Shown in pieces: positions 1 through 9,137 of a DNA stretch of 64,000 bases (position 1 is the stretch's first letter; every line of letters begins with the position of its first letter). A model generated the notes under the pieces. That model had not been told where the DNA came from. It worked only from the letters and a program-made list of their open reading frames with translations, and did no database searches. Source of the stretch: a bacterium. Lineage in GTDB: Bacteria > Elusimicrobiota > Elusimicrobia > UBA1565 > UBA9628. The position numbers and the translations under genes are program-made. The stretch covers positions 5,582 through 69,581 of the forward strand of contig JAJZJF010000001.1 of the NCBI GenBank assembly GCA_021810245.1, read 5' to 3'.

Positions 1-392
1 CTCCATCTTCAAAAATAAACTGCGAAGGAATTTCTTTCGCGGCTATCTTACAGAATAGGCAGGAACCCATTGATTATCTTTATTATTATAACCTTTCCAA
101 GTCTCTCCCCGCAAGGCTAAGCACGCCCCCCCCAAGTTCAATATGCTATTGCAACACTTTGAAAAGTGAAGACCTGCGGTAGGATAGGCAGGTATGAGGA
201 AATACAAGCGTATAACGTTGCATGAACGAGAAAAGATTGCAGTTTGGAGAAGCTCGTAATCGTATGTCCAGATCCTTCTCGTTAAAGTATAATGTCCTCA
301 CTGGGTATAGCCTCCTGTTCTCTCAAGAACGAGCTATGCCCTTACTTCTTTTCTACCCGCTCATTAAAGTCCGAACTTTATTTTGCGTTATC

Positions 393-474
393 GCGAATGC
401 GAATTTGCTCCTCAAGCCCGGATTAAACAACTATTGACGGCTGAAGACTAGAAAATTAGGGAAGGTGCGGAATT
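393..474 (+). repeat. 82-bp perfect direct repeat, left copy (island boundary)
   Basis: GCGAATGCGAATTTGCTCCTCAAGCCCGG...GGGAAGGTGCGGAATT is identical to 11016-11097; contains the hsdR stop codon (456-458). Confidence 0.95.
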
Positions 475-2774
475 GTTGGGGAGGGGTTTCGTTCATAGAG
501 ATATTTTTGAAAATCAATAAAAGCGGCGCTGATGGATTCAACGCTGCCAAGTGTTTTTATGGCATCGTCCAGCGCGTGATATTTCAGGGTTAAAAGTTCG
601 GGTAGTTTTTCTCGGTCAAGTTCCTCAACCCCGGTTTCAATATACTTGGAGAGGACAAATTCCAAAAACTCTTTCTGGTTTTCGTTTAATGTGTCGAAGA
701 TATCAAACTGGGCTTTGGCTACGCGCATTTCCCGCGTGATCGGTTTTCCCGCGAAAGAAATGTATTCCAGAACATCGAATAAATCGCTTTTTTCGGCGTC
801 AATTAATTTCTGCAAGCTCGCCAGCTCGTCTTTGCCGTATCCGGCGTCATTAAGTTTTTGAAGCAACGATTTGCGCGTAATGGGACTAGACCAGATTTTA
901 CGCAATTCATCTTCGCTCTTAAAAAAATCGGGCAACTTTCCAAACAGATTTCGTAAAAACTCTTCCGCTGAAACGGGCTTGCCGTCGGCGCTCCAAAAAG
1001 ATGTCGCTATCATGTGTTGGATTTCGCGCTCTTTCCCATCTCGAAGTTTAATTTTGATTTTCTTTCTCGGCTGCGACGGCTCAGGTGGATCGGGCGGCTC
1101 AATAGGAGGTTCCTTGGGCCGTTTTATTTTCGGCTCGGGCTCTATCGGTTCTCCGTCCCATTCAGGATCGGCAAAATGATGATAGGCGTTCACAAAATCA
1201 TAAATAGTGAAATACTCTTTGCCGTCAAAAAGCCGCGTTCCGCGTCCGATGATTTGCTTAAACTCAATCATGGAATTAATCGGACGCATAAGAATGATAT
1301 TGCGGATATTGCGGGCGTCCACTCCAGTGGAGAGCTTCTGCGATGTCGTCAAAATGGTCGGGATAGTCTTTTCATTGTCTTGAAAGTGGCGCAAATACTG
1401 TTCTCCCAGAAGACCATCATTGGCGGTGACGCGCACGCAGTAGTTTGGCTCTTTACTCGTTTTGTATTGATTGACTAAATCACGGACGGCTGTCGCATGA
1501 TCTATAGTGGCGCAGAATACGATGGATTTTTCGTTTTGGTTCATTTCAGATAGAAATATCTGCACTCGTTTGGCTTCGCGCTCTTTAATCTCAATGATTC
1601 TGTTGAAGTCAGGCTCTTTATAAAGTTTTTCTTTTTCTATCTCGCCATCTAAGATCCTGTCATCAGCTGTGTAAATATAGTCATCAATCGTAGTCTTAAT
1701 CCGTTTTATTTTAAAGGGCGTTAGAAAGCCGTCATTGATGCCTTCTTTAAGCGAATAGATATACACGGGTTCGCCGAAATAACGGTAGGTGTCCGCGTTT
1801 TCTTGGCGTTTAGGTGTTGCGGTCAGGCCCAACTGAACAGCGGATGAAAAATATTCCATGATACCCCGCCAGTTGCTTTCGTCATTGGCGCCACCGCGAT
1901 GGCACTCATCGATAATAATGAAATCAAAATAATCGGCGGGGTATTGGCCGAAATAAGGCTGGTTGTTGGGGCCGCTCATGAAAGTCTGGAAAATAGTGAA
2001 GAAAATGCTGGCATTGGTTGGCACCGCGCCCGCTTTTTTGATTTCTTCAGGCCTAATTCGCGCTAAGGCATCTTCGGGAAATGCGGAAAATTCATTAAAG
2101 GCTTGGTCCGCCAGAATGTTCCGATCTGCCAGAAACAAGATGCGCGGTCTTCTTGAACCGTCACGCTTCAAATTCCAACGAGTTTGAAAAAGTTTCCACG
2201 CGATCTGAAAGGCGATAAAAGTTTTTCCCGTGCCTGTCGCTAAGGTCAACAAGATGCGCGGATTTCCATCGGCGATGGCAGACATTGTTTTATTGATCGC
2301 AATTTCCTGATAATAGCGGAGACTTCTCGCTCCACCCATATCGTTAAAAGGAACCTGATTAAATTGATCTCTCCAATGGTTTTTTGGGGCAAAAGATTTA
2401 TTCCAGAGTTCATCCGGCGTAGGAAATTTAGCGACCAAGCCTTCTTCACCGGTTTCCATGCAAATCTGATAAATTTCTTTTCCATTGCTGGAAAAGGTCG
2501 TGTCTAAATGGAGTTTCTCGGCGTAATTCTTGGCTTGCCCTACGCCTTCCCCCACTTCTTCCTCATCGCTTTTCGCTTCAAGAGCGGCGAGTTTTCTACC
2601 CTGGTACATCAACACATAATCGGCGATGAGCGGCTTGGCGCGCCCTCCGCCGGTCTGGATTTTTCCGTTAGTAATGCGATATTCCCGAAGGATTTTAGAA
2701 TTCTCGACTACACCCCAGCCGCTCGCTTTGAGCGCGGGATCAATAAGTTCAGCTCTGGTGTCGGCTTCGTTCAT
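456..2774 (-). CDS. hsdR: Type I restriction enzyme R subunit (EcoAI/EcoEI-like)
   Basis: N-terminal NEADTR...ADY...EAK nuclease motif, Walker A ATGTGKT, DECHR helicase motif, QIIGRGTR; in an operon with hsdM and hsdS. Confidence 0.93.
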   Translation of the reverse strand: MNEADTRAELIDPALKASGWGVVENSKILREYRITNGKIQTGGGRAKPLIADYVLMYQGRKLAALEAKSDEEEVGEGVGQAKNYAEKLHLDTTFSSNGKEIYQICMETGEEGLVAKFPTPDELWNKSFAPKNHWRDQFNQVPFNDMGGARSLRYYQEIAINKTMSAIADGNPRILLTLATGTGKTFIAFQIAWKLFQTRWNLKRDGSRRPRILFLADRNILADQAFNEFSAFPEDALARIRPEEIKKAGAVPTNASIFFTIFQTFMSGPNNQPYFGQYPADYFDFIIIDECHRGGANDESNWRGIMEYFSSAVQLGLTATPKRQENADTYRYFGEPVYIYSLKEGINDGFLTPFKIKRIKTTIDDYIYTADDRILDGEIEKEKLYKEPDFNRIIEIKEREAKRVQIFLSEMNQNEKSIVFCATIDHATAVRDLVNQYKTSKEPNYCVRVTANDGLLGEQYLRHFQDNEKTIPTILTTSQKLSTGVDARNIRNIILMRPINSMIEFKQIIGRGTRLFDGKEYFTIYDFVNAYHHFADPEWDGEPIEPEPKIKRPKEPPIEPPDPPEPSQPRKKIKIKLRDGKEREIQHMIATSFWSADGKPVSAEEFLRNLFGKLPDFFKSEDELRKIWSSPITRKSLLQKLNDAGYGKDELASLQKLIDAEKSDLFDVLEYISFAGKPITREMRVAKAQFDIFDTLNENQKEFLEFVLSKYIETGVEELDREKLPELLTLKYHALDDAIKTLGSVESISAAFIDFQKYLYERNPSPTIPHLP

Positions 2775-3607
2775 TGGAGTTTCTTTAAGTCTTTGGGCGG
2801 CGGCAAATAGCTTTCATTGGAAATGACTTTTCTGCCGGTTTTGCTTTCTAGTTCTACTCGGGCCTTTTTAGCGATGCTGCCCCCCGTCTTTGCCGCAGAT
2901 TTATTTTCAGTCATTCCGGTGGCCTCAGCGCTTTCAGCGATCTGGCGTGTGGACAATTCGGCAAGAGCGGTAAAGATCAGCTCCGCCTCAGTCATATGGT
3001 CGCGCAGGTTTTGGGTTTTAAGGCCTTTGAGATTTTTATGTTCCTGAACGCTAATGTCGGCCCATTCCTGATGGATGATGTTGGTCAGAATGGCGTATTC
3101 ATCGCCTTTTTTAATTTTATGATTGGCCCAATAATCGGTTAGCTTATTGCGCGTTTCCTGCCCCGTCATGCGCTGCTCAATCCACTTCTCGCTGCGGCCA
3201 TGTTTTTTCCAAGTTTCGCGGGCGCGGTCAAGGGAAAGCGCGGGGTCAGACATCTCTTGCATCCGTTCGTAACCGACTTTTGCCAGCCAGAGTTTAATGG
3301 GTTCGGCCTTTGGGCTGGGAACGCTCTGCACAAGGCGCAAGAGAGTTTCCGCGGTAGCGGCATCGGTCAGCCGCATCTTCCCGTCATCGGCGGCCATTTT
3401 CAACTGGTAACAATTTGATACCAGTTGACTGCCCTCCTTGGCCAAGCGGCCTTTTAAGACCTTCCAATACTTCCTGGCTGCCTGATAGTCCGGCTGTCGC
3501 GTTAGGACTCGGATAATATCTACGACTGAAAACCACCAGGTTTCGGTCTTTTCATCGTAACTGCGGCGAATCTTATGACCTTCGAAAATAGCTAGATTAT
3601 TTAACAT
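2771..3607 (-). CDS. Bro-N / antirepressor-like DNA-binding protein
   Basis: IRR...WWFSVVDII...YWKVLK...RLVQSVPSPKAEPIKLWLAKVG pattern; stop overlaps the hsdR start (ATGA). Confidence 0.75.
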   Translation of the reverse strand: MLNNLAIFEGHKIRRSYDEKTETWWFSVVDIIRVLTRQPDYQAARKYWKVLKGRLAKEGSQLVSNCYQLKMAADDGKMRLTDAATAETLLRLVQSVPSPKAEPIKLWLAKVGYERMQEMSDPALSLDRARETWKKHGRSEKWIEQRMTGQETRNKLTDYWANHKIKKGDEYAILTNIIHQEWADISVQEHKNLKGLKTQNLRDHMTEAELIFTALAELSTRQIAESAEATGMTENKSAAKTGGSIAKKARVELESKTGRKVISNESYLPPPKDLKKLQ

Positions 3608-3704
3608 TGCATCCTCCTTGATGGCCCATGATATGTATACGATTAGTGGCGCTATTTAGTTCCATTGCTAAGAGTTTTCCACTTGCCGTTCCATAATGTC
3701 TCAT

Positions 3705-3835
3705 CGGTGGCGGCATCGGCCAGTCGCATCTTGCATCTTCCCATTATCGGCGGCCATTTTCAACTGGTAACAATTTGATACCAGTTGACTGCCTTCTTTG
3801 CCAAGGCGCTCTTTGAGTTTATTCCAATACTTCCT
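3705..3835 (-). pseudogene. Fragment of a paralogous Bro-N gene (imperfect repeat of 3352-3475)
   Basis: Encodes KYWNKLKERLGKEGSQLVSNCYQLKMAADNGKM versus KYWKVLKGRLAKEGSQLVSNCYQLKMAADDGKM in the intact gene; frameshifted by a 7-nt GCATCTT duplication. Confidence 0.8.
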
Positions 3836-3868
3836 AGTGGAGTGTCTTCCATAAATCCATTTACAGTC

Positions 3869-3967
3869 CGTCACCCCGGCAATCCGTAAGCCGGGGTCCA
3901 GACGCAAGCCTCCTGTCAATTTCAGCCGATCTCTCAAGCCTGGATTCCGGCTTCCGCCGGAATGACG
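3869..3967. repeat. REP-like inverted pair (REPIN-like element)
   Basis: CGTCACCCCGGCAATCCGTAAGCCGGGGTCCAG ... CTGGATTCCGGCTTCCGCCGGAATGACG; each unit is a hairpin and the two units are inverted relative to each other. Confidence 0.75.
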
Positions 3968-4004
3968 AGGGAGCCAAATGGAAAGAAGCGTTGGAGCGAC
4001 TAAA

Positions 4005-5654
4005 CTATTTGGCATTGGCGCCCCTCGGCGATTTGGAATTTTTCGTTGATGATGCCTTAGTTTTTGACGGTGTATGAGGCCTAGAAGGAAATTGGAGGAA
4101 TCTGAAATTCGATTTCTTTAAGATGGATAAAAATGATTGGGCATTCCTTTCCAGATCTTTAGCCGACCATGTTTGATAGATGAGTAGCCATTGCCTGTCG
4201 CGTGCGCGTGAATCGTCGGATTTTAAAGCGTCGGATCTAATTTGAATTTCTTTTTGAATTAGCTTCAGATTGTGGCGTTTAGAATATTCCAGTAAAAGCA
4301 CGGAGAGAAGGCAATCATTCAAATCAAGCGCTTTTAAGAGTTCGGATTCCTGTAGTTTTAGATGGGTCTCATGCTTCAGTGCGTAGTAAAGTGCATACGC
4401 TATTGCATCGGGATAAATCTTCTTGAGCCCAATACGAATCAGATTCGCTGCAAATCCCGCCACAGCAACACCCAGTTTTTCATGCGGATATTGGTCAAAG
4501 ACATGTTGGTCCAAAATGGGAGCTAGGTATGGATAAGCGAGTACCAGGTTGATGGCCTCTTGGAGATACATCTTCCGCGCTCGCTGGTTGAGGTTTCTCG
4601 GCATCATTTTAATTGCGTAATTAAGAGGAGAGGATGTGCTATTTAATTGCGAAAGCTCAATGGCCAAATCAAGAAAAGAACGGATATTTGAATACTTGAC
4701 GTCTTCACCACTAGGAAATACAAATCGATTCAACTCCCGAACCCAATTTTCCTCGCTTGGCCTAGGGAGGGGAAATATCCGTGTCTTCTTCTCATTGATC
4801 GTCAACTCGTATTCTCTTAAGGCTAACCCGAGGTCATGGAGGAATTGTTCGGCTTCATCACGCGAGTCAGCGTAGAATTCGTAATCATCGATGTACCGTT
4901 TTAATTTGGTGTATCTCTTTTTCAACATTTCATCATCGATGTGGGTTAGAATAATCTCAGAAATGATATTTGAAGCGTGTGGTCCTATTAGCAATCCATT
5001 GGTCTGACTATCGCGAGTGTGCTGCGTGCACTGATCAAGCATATTCCCATACAGCGTCAGTAGGCGATGGTCTTTCTTAGCGGCATTGCGGCCATGTAGT
5101 GCCCATGGAATTGAATGTGTGTAGATGCTGGGAAAGCACGCTGAGATATCCGTTTTAGCGATGTATTGTGCGCCTGCCATCCACTGGAGCTCGTTCTCCT
5201 CTAACTCAAAGCGATCTGAACCCTTATAATTCATTTCAAAAATCCGACCTCCACTTAGTGGGCGTACATAAACCTGACTCACTCTTCTCTTCGGCTTAGC
5301 GTAATGCGCACGGAGTTTGTCCCAGTGTTGTTTGATAGCGAGTGCTTGAACGGAATAGCTCTCTGGATGAGGGATGCCGAGGTGACGGGGAATGTTAATA
5401 TCGCGTAGCGCCGCATAGCGTATATAGTCATGCGAGCATTTCTTGAGGACTTTCTTAAGTTTTTCCTCATTGGACTGAGAGAAGATATTTTTGAAATGAT
5501 TGCGAGCCATTTCTGCTAGGCCCTTGGAGGTAAAGCAAGGTGGTGGTTTCTCGCCGAAAAGACCGTGATCCAAGAGACCGATTAAGATCGCATCGGCAGT
5601 TAGTTCTCTGTTTCGGGCCAGGAATATTTTCATTGCTGGTTCATAGTTGGCCAT
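4005..5654 (-). CDS. Reverse transcriptase, UG/Abi class (DRT/AbiK-like defence RT)
   Basis: RHLGIPHP, DISACFPSIYTHSIPWA, GLLIGPHASNIISEI, catalytic YIDD, INEKKT; helical-looking C-terminal half ending WLLIYQ; no retron VTG motif. Confidence 0.85.
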   Translation of the reverse strand: MANYEPAMKIFLARNRELTADAILIGLLDHGLFGEKPPPCFTSKGLAEMARNHFKNIFSQSNEEKLKKVLKKCSHDYIRYAALRDINIPRHLGIPHPESYSVQALAIKQHWDKLRAHYAKPKRRVSQVYVRPLSGGRIFEMNYKGSDRFELEENELQWMAGAQYIAKTDISACFPSIYTHSIPWALHGRNAAKKDHRLLTLYGNMLDQCTQHTRDSQTNGLLIGPHASNIISEIILTHIDDEMLKKRYTKLKRYIDDYEFYADSRDEAEQFLHDLGLALREYELTINEKKTRIFPLPRPSEENWVRELNRFVFPSGEDVKYSNIRSFLDLAIELSQLNSTSSPLNYAIKMMPRNLNQRARKMYLQEAINLVLAYPYLAPILDQHVFDQYPHEKLGVAVAGFAANLIRIGLKKIYPDAIAYALYYALKHETHLKLQESELLKALDLNDCLLSVLLLEYSKRHNLKLIQKEIQIRSDALKSDDSRARDRQWLLIYQTWSAKDLERNAQSFLSILKKSNFRFLQFPSRPHTPSKTKASSTKNSKSPRGANAK

Positions 5655-6792
5655 GAAAGGCTTGGCGCAACAGCGATTTCTTCAACTCATCAAGCGCGGC
5701 GAGTTTTTTCTTATAGATGGCTTCGAGATACTGGGTTTCATTCGACAATTCATTGAGTTTTTCAGTAATTTTGATCTGTATCGCAAGCGGAGGAATATTG
5801 ATGGGAAACCCCCTAAGATAACCAAGGCCAACGAACTTTTGTGTCGTACCCCTGGCATCCTTCATCATTTTTGAAATTACCAAACCTGAACCCAAGTAAT
5901 ACTTCAGAAACGCGCCATTTTGTCCTGGAGGGACCTTGAACAATGCGACATTCTTTATCGCAAACTTTGGCTCAATAGTTACACGCGTTGGATTGCCAAT
6001 CGTTCCAATCATCGCAAACAATACGTCTCCTTTGTGAACCGCGCTTCGCTCGTTGATTTTATTGTAATCCTGTTCATTGATCAGATTAACTTTATCGAAC
6101 GATAACCCTTCATGTTTTAGGTTCTTCGATGTTATTAATGGGTAACCGGTCTCATGATATTTCGGCGAATCGTGTGTCCCATCGCGAACATCATACACTT
6201 CTCCCAAACTGGCTTTCACCCACCCCGCGCCGCGCTGGGTAAAGATGGTTTGCAGATGACTTTCAAAAAGCTCGCGGGCATTTCGCAGGTTCTTTTCGGC
6301 GTTGGCTTTGGCTGTGGCGATGCCGTCAAATGCTTTGTCGAGGATGCCGACGATGCGCTTTTGTTCAGGAAGCGGAGGGCATGGAAACTGAAGATCGTAC
6401 AGGGCATTCTTATCGAGATGTGGAATTGCAGCGCCAGTTTTCGCTCCATTGAAGACTTCAAATGTAGAAGCCAAGAATGCCCGAAGGTAGTTGTCATCAA
6501 TTTCCGCTTTCTTGGAAATTTTTCCCATCGTTGAAGAAAGAATGCCTCGGAACCCGGTAAATACTTCGCCAGAATTTGACCCATCACAAATGATGATAGT
6601 CTCTGATGTTTCGACAGCGATGGAGTTTCGATCTTTAAGCGACGCGTATTCAGCATCTTTGCTATTGCGCATAACCTTTGCGACTAAGTAAGGCAAGTCG
6701 CCATTCAATGGAGTTCTTTTTAAAACTGGTTTGCGGCCCTTGATTATTTCACAAACATCGCCAAGACGCTTATATTGCCACCCGTTTTTCAT
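5641..6792 (-). CDS. hsdS: Type I R-M specificity subunit
   Basis: GW..KRLGDV start, central PPLPEQKRIV spacer, two TRDs, LKKSLLRQAF end. Confidence 0.92.
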   Translation of the reverse strand: MKNGWQYKRLGDVCEIIKGRKPVLKRTPLNGDLPYLVAKVMRNSKDAEYASLKDRNSIAVETSETIIICDGSNSGEVFTGFRGILSSTMGKISKKAEIDDNYLRAFLASTFEVFNGAKTGAAIPHLDKNALYDLQFPCPPLPEQKRIVGILDKAFDGIATAKANAEKNLRNARELFESHLQTIFTQRGAGWVKASLGEVYDVRDGTHDSPKYHETGYPLITSKNLKHEGLSFDKVNLINEQDYNKINERSAVHKGDVLFAMIGTIGNPTRVTIEPKFAIKNVALFKVPPGQNGAFLKYYLGSGLVISKMMKDARGTTQKFVGLGYLRGFPINIPPLAIQIKITEKLNELSNETQYLEAIYKKKLAALDELKKSLLRQAFHGQL

Positions 6793-6842
6793 ATCAGCAA
6801 CTTAATTTTCCCTAGCACTCCCGCGCTTTCGGCGTCCAGCGC
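6789..6842 (-). pseudogene. Orphan second copy of the hsdM 3' end
   Basis: Translates ALDAESAGVLGKIKLLI* versus HsdM ALDAESAKALGDIKVLLPK*; its TGA overlaps the hsdS ATG; 6823-6842 is identical to 7717-7736. Confidence 0.8.
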
Positions 6843-7675
6843 TACTCATCGCCGTCCTTCTTGCCTTCCCTCAACTTTGGCAAACGCCGATCGCCGCTGA
6901 GTATGCGCATTTGTTGGATGGCGATTTGGTTCAGGCGGCGAAGACGCTCGGATTGGACGTGGCCTTCAGCGATAAAGAGCGCATTGAGGTTTTCTAAGTT
7001 AGACAAGCAGACAAGCTGGGCGCTACCGGCCTGATCCCGGATATTTCCTTTTTTGCCTGGATTTTCCCCGCGCCATTGGGCTGCGGTCTTTCCGAACAGC
7101 GCCATGTTTAGCACGTCGGCTTCACTGGCATAGATCAGAGCAGTTTGCGCAGGACTTAACTCAGGCGGAATCAAGTGTTCGCGTACGGCATCGGTGTGAA
7201 TGTGGTAGTTGAGTTTGGCGAGGTTGCGCCGGATGTCCCAGCCGAGCGTCTTATGCTCTTCCTCCTTAAGTCGCTGGAATTCCTTGATGAGATAAAGTTT
7301 GAACTCGACCGAAATCCACGACGCGAATTCAAAGGCGATGTCCTTATGGGCATAGGTGCCGCCGTAGCGCCCGGCTTTGGAAATAACGCCGACGGCGGCG
7401 GTTCTCTGTATCCACTGCTTGGGGGTCAATGTAAAGCTATTGAGCCCGGCCAACTTTTTAATCCCGTCGAATTCGACGGGATTAAAAGCGGGGTTATTGA
7501 TCTGTTCCCAGACCCCTAAAAATTCGATGGTGTTGCGGTTCCGTAGCCAATTGCGGATAAGATCATCGGTGGCATCTTTGTTCTTATAGCGGGCGATGTC
7601 GGTGAGACAGATATAATCCTCTTCCGCGACCGTCAGCATTTGGATCTCACGGCTTAGCACATTGAGCTTGGCCAT
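6842..7675 (-). CDS. KilA-N domain DNA-binding protein
   Basis: DYICLTDIARYK...NWLRNRNTIEFLG...GRYGGTYAHKDIAFEFASW; start moved to ATG 7675 just after the hsdM stop. Confidence 0.8.
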   Translation of the reverse strand: MAKLNVLSREIQMLTVAEEDYICLTDIARYKNKDATDDLIRNWLRNRNTIEFLGVWEQINNPAFNPVEFDGIKKLAGLNSFTLTPKQWIQRTAAVGVISKAGRYGGTYAHKDIAFEFASWISVEFKLYLIKEFQRLKEEEHKTLGWDIRRNLAKLNYHIHTDAVREHLIPPELSPAQTALIYASEADVLNMALFGKTAAQWRGENPGKKGNIRDQAGSAQLVCLSNLENLNALFIAEGHVQSERLRRLNQIAIQQMRILSGDRRLPKLREGKKDGDE

Positions 7676-7676
7676 T

Positions 7677-9137
7677 CTATTTTGGAAGCAACACTTTGAT
7701 ATCCCCCAGCGCCTTTGCGCTTTCGGCGTCCAGCGCGGCAATTTCATCCATGATTATTTTTGGGTCGCGGAGAACTGTTTCATCTTTCTTGTGCGGATTT
7801 TTTACTGAGAGGTCAAAAGTATTTGTATCAACATTGGCAATATTGATTGACCATGAATTTTCTGAATCGGCTTTGGTTTTTTGCAATTTCACGAATTCCG
7901 CCAAGTCATTTTCATTGAGCGGATTGGTCTTGCCGAGGTTTCGGTCTAAATTGAGTTGGTAAAACCAAATTTTGCGCGTGGACGCGCCCTTCTCAAAAAA
8001 CAGCACGACTGTTTTTACGCCTGCGCCTTGAAACGTGCCTCCGGGGCAGTCCAGAATTGTATGCAGATTGCAATTTTCTAGCAAAAGTTTTCGCAGACTG
8101 ACAGAGGCATTATCGGTGTTGGAAAGAAACGTGTTTTTGATCACGACACCCGCCTTGCCCCCCGCTTTCAGTATTTTGATGAAATGCTGGAGAAACAGAA
8201 AAGCGGTTTCGCCGGTCTTAATCGGAAAATTTTGCTGGACCTCGGCGCGTTCTTTGCCGCCAAACGGCGGATTGGCAAGAACGATGTCATAACGGTCTTT
8301 TTCCTGAATATCGGCTAAATTTTCCGCGAGGGTGTTCGTATGCACGATATTGGGGGCTTCGATGCCGTGCAAAATCATATTCATCGTGCCGATGATATAG
8401 GCGAGTGATTTTTTCTCTTTGCCGTAAAAGGTCTTTTTTTGAAGCGTTTCCGAGTCTTTGGTATTTAGGCTCTTGCTGGTTTTTAAGTATTCAAACGCTT
8501 CGCACAAAAAACCCGCCGATCCGACTGCGCCGTCATACACTTTATCGCCTATGCTGGGCGCTACCACCTTAACGATGGTTTTAATGAGTGGACGGGGCGT
8601 GTAGTATTCGCCACCGTTTCTGCCCGCGTTGCCCATATTCTTGATTTTGCCTTCATAGAGATGCGACATCTCGTGTTTTTCGGCGCTGGAGCGAAAGCGC
8701 AGTTCATTAACGCGGTTGATGACCTCGCGCAGGTTGTAGCCGCTTTGGATTTTATTTTTGATCTCGCTGAAAATTTCGCCGATCTTGTATTCGATGGTGT
8801 CAGCGCTTTCGGCCGAAGTATTAAATTTTTTGAGATAGGGAAACAGTTTTTGATCAACAAAATCTTTAAGGTCATCGCCCGTCAAGGCTTTGTGGTGGTC
8901 AATTTTTCCGTCTTTATCTTTGGGAAACGCCCAGACTTCCCATTGATATTGTTTGTCGATAATCCCGTCATAGGATTTGCCGGAAAGCTGGGCGGCAGTT
9001 TTTTTGTCTTTCTCAAAATCATCCAGATATTTTAAAAAGAGAATCCATGAGGTTTGCTCCACATAATCTAATTCGCTGCTGCATCCCGCATCTTTGTGAA
9101 GTATGTCGTCTATGTTTTTAAAGGTTTGTTCAAACAT
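7677..9137 (-). CDS. hsdM: Type I R-M N6-adenine methyltransferase subunit
   Basis: GEYYTPR, DGAVGSAGFL SAM-binding motif, NPPF catalytic motif. Confidence 0.95.
   Translation of the reverse strand: MFEQTFKNIDDILHKDAGCSSELDYVEQTSWILFLKYLDDFEKDKKTAAQLSGKSYDGIIDKQYQWEVWAFPKDKDGKIDHHKALTGDDLKDFVDQKLFPYLKKFNTSAESADTIEYKIGEIFSEIKNKIQSGYNLREVINRVNELRFRSSAEKHEMSHLYEGKIKNMGNAGRNGGEYYTPRPLIKTIVKVVAPSIGDKVYDGAVGSAGFLCEAFEYLKTSKSLNTKDSETLQKKTFYGKEKKSLAYIIGTMNMILHGIEAPNIVHTNTLAENLADIQEKDRYDIVLANPPFGGKERAEVQQNFPIKTGETAFLFLQHFIKILKAGGKAGVVIKNTFLSNTDNASVSLRKLLLENCNLHTILDCPGGTFQGAGVKTVVLFFEKGASTRKIWFYQLNLDRNLGKTNPLNENDLAEFVKLQKTKADSENSWSINIANVDTNTFDLSVKNPHKKDETVLRDPKIIMDEIAALDAESAKALGDIKVLLPK

Noticed and set aside
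222..437. 71-aa ORF
   Set aside because: Short, no recognisable motif, and it ends within the repeat.
393..474. tRNA/tmRNA attachment site
   Set aside because: No T-loop GTTCRA or CCA-end pattern on either strand of the repeat.
3701..4015. 104-aa ORF as a real gene
   Set aside because: It is a chance read-through of REP-like sequence and a frameshifted Bro-N fragment.
3352..5654. Diversity-generating retroelement (RT plus a near-identical repeat pair)
   Set aside because: Mismatches between 3352-3475 and 3705-3835 are not confined to adenines, the target region is not C-terminal, there is no Avd-like gene and the RT motifs are UG/Abi-like.
4005..5700. Retron or group II intron
   Set aside because: No VTG or NAxxH retron motifs and no room for msr-msd upstream because the gene overlaps hsdS. 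No YADD, maturase domain or intron boundary structure is evident.
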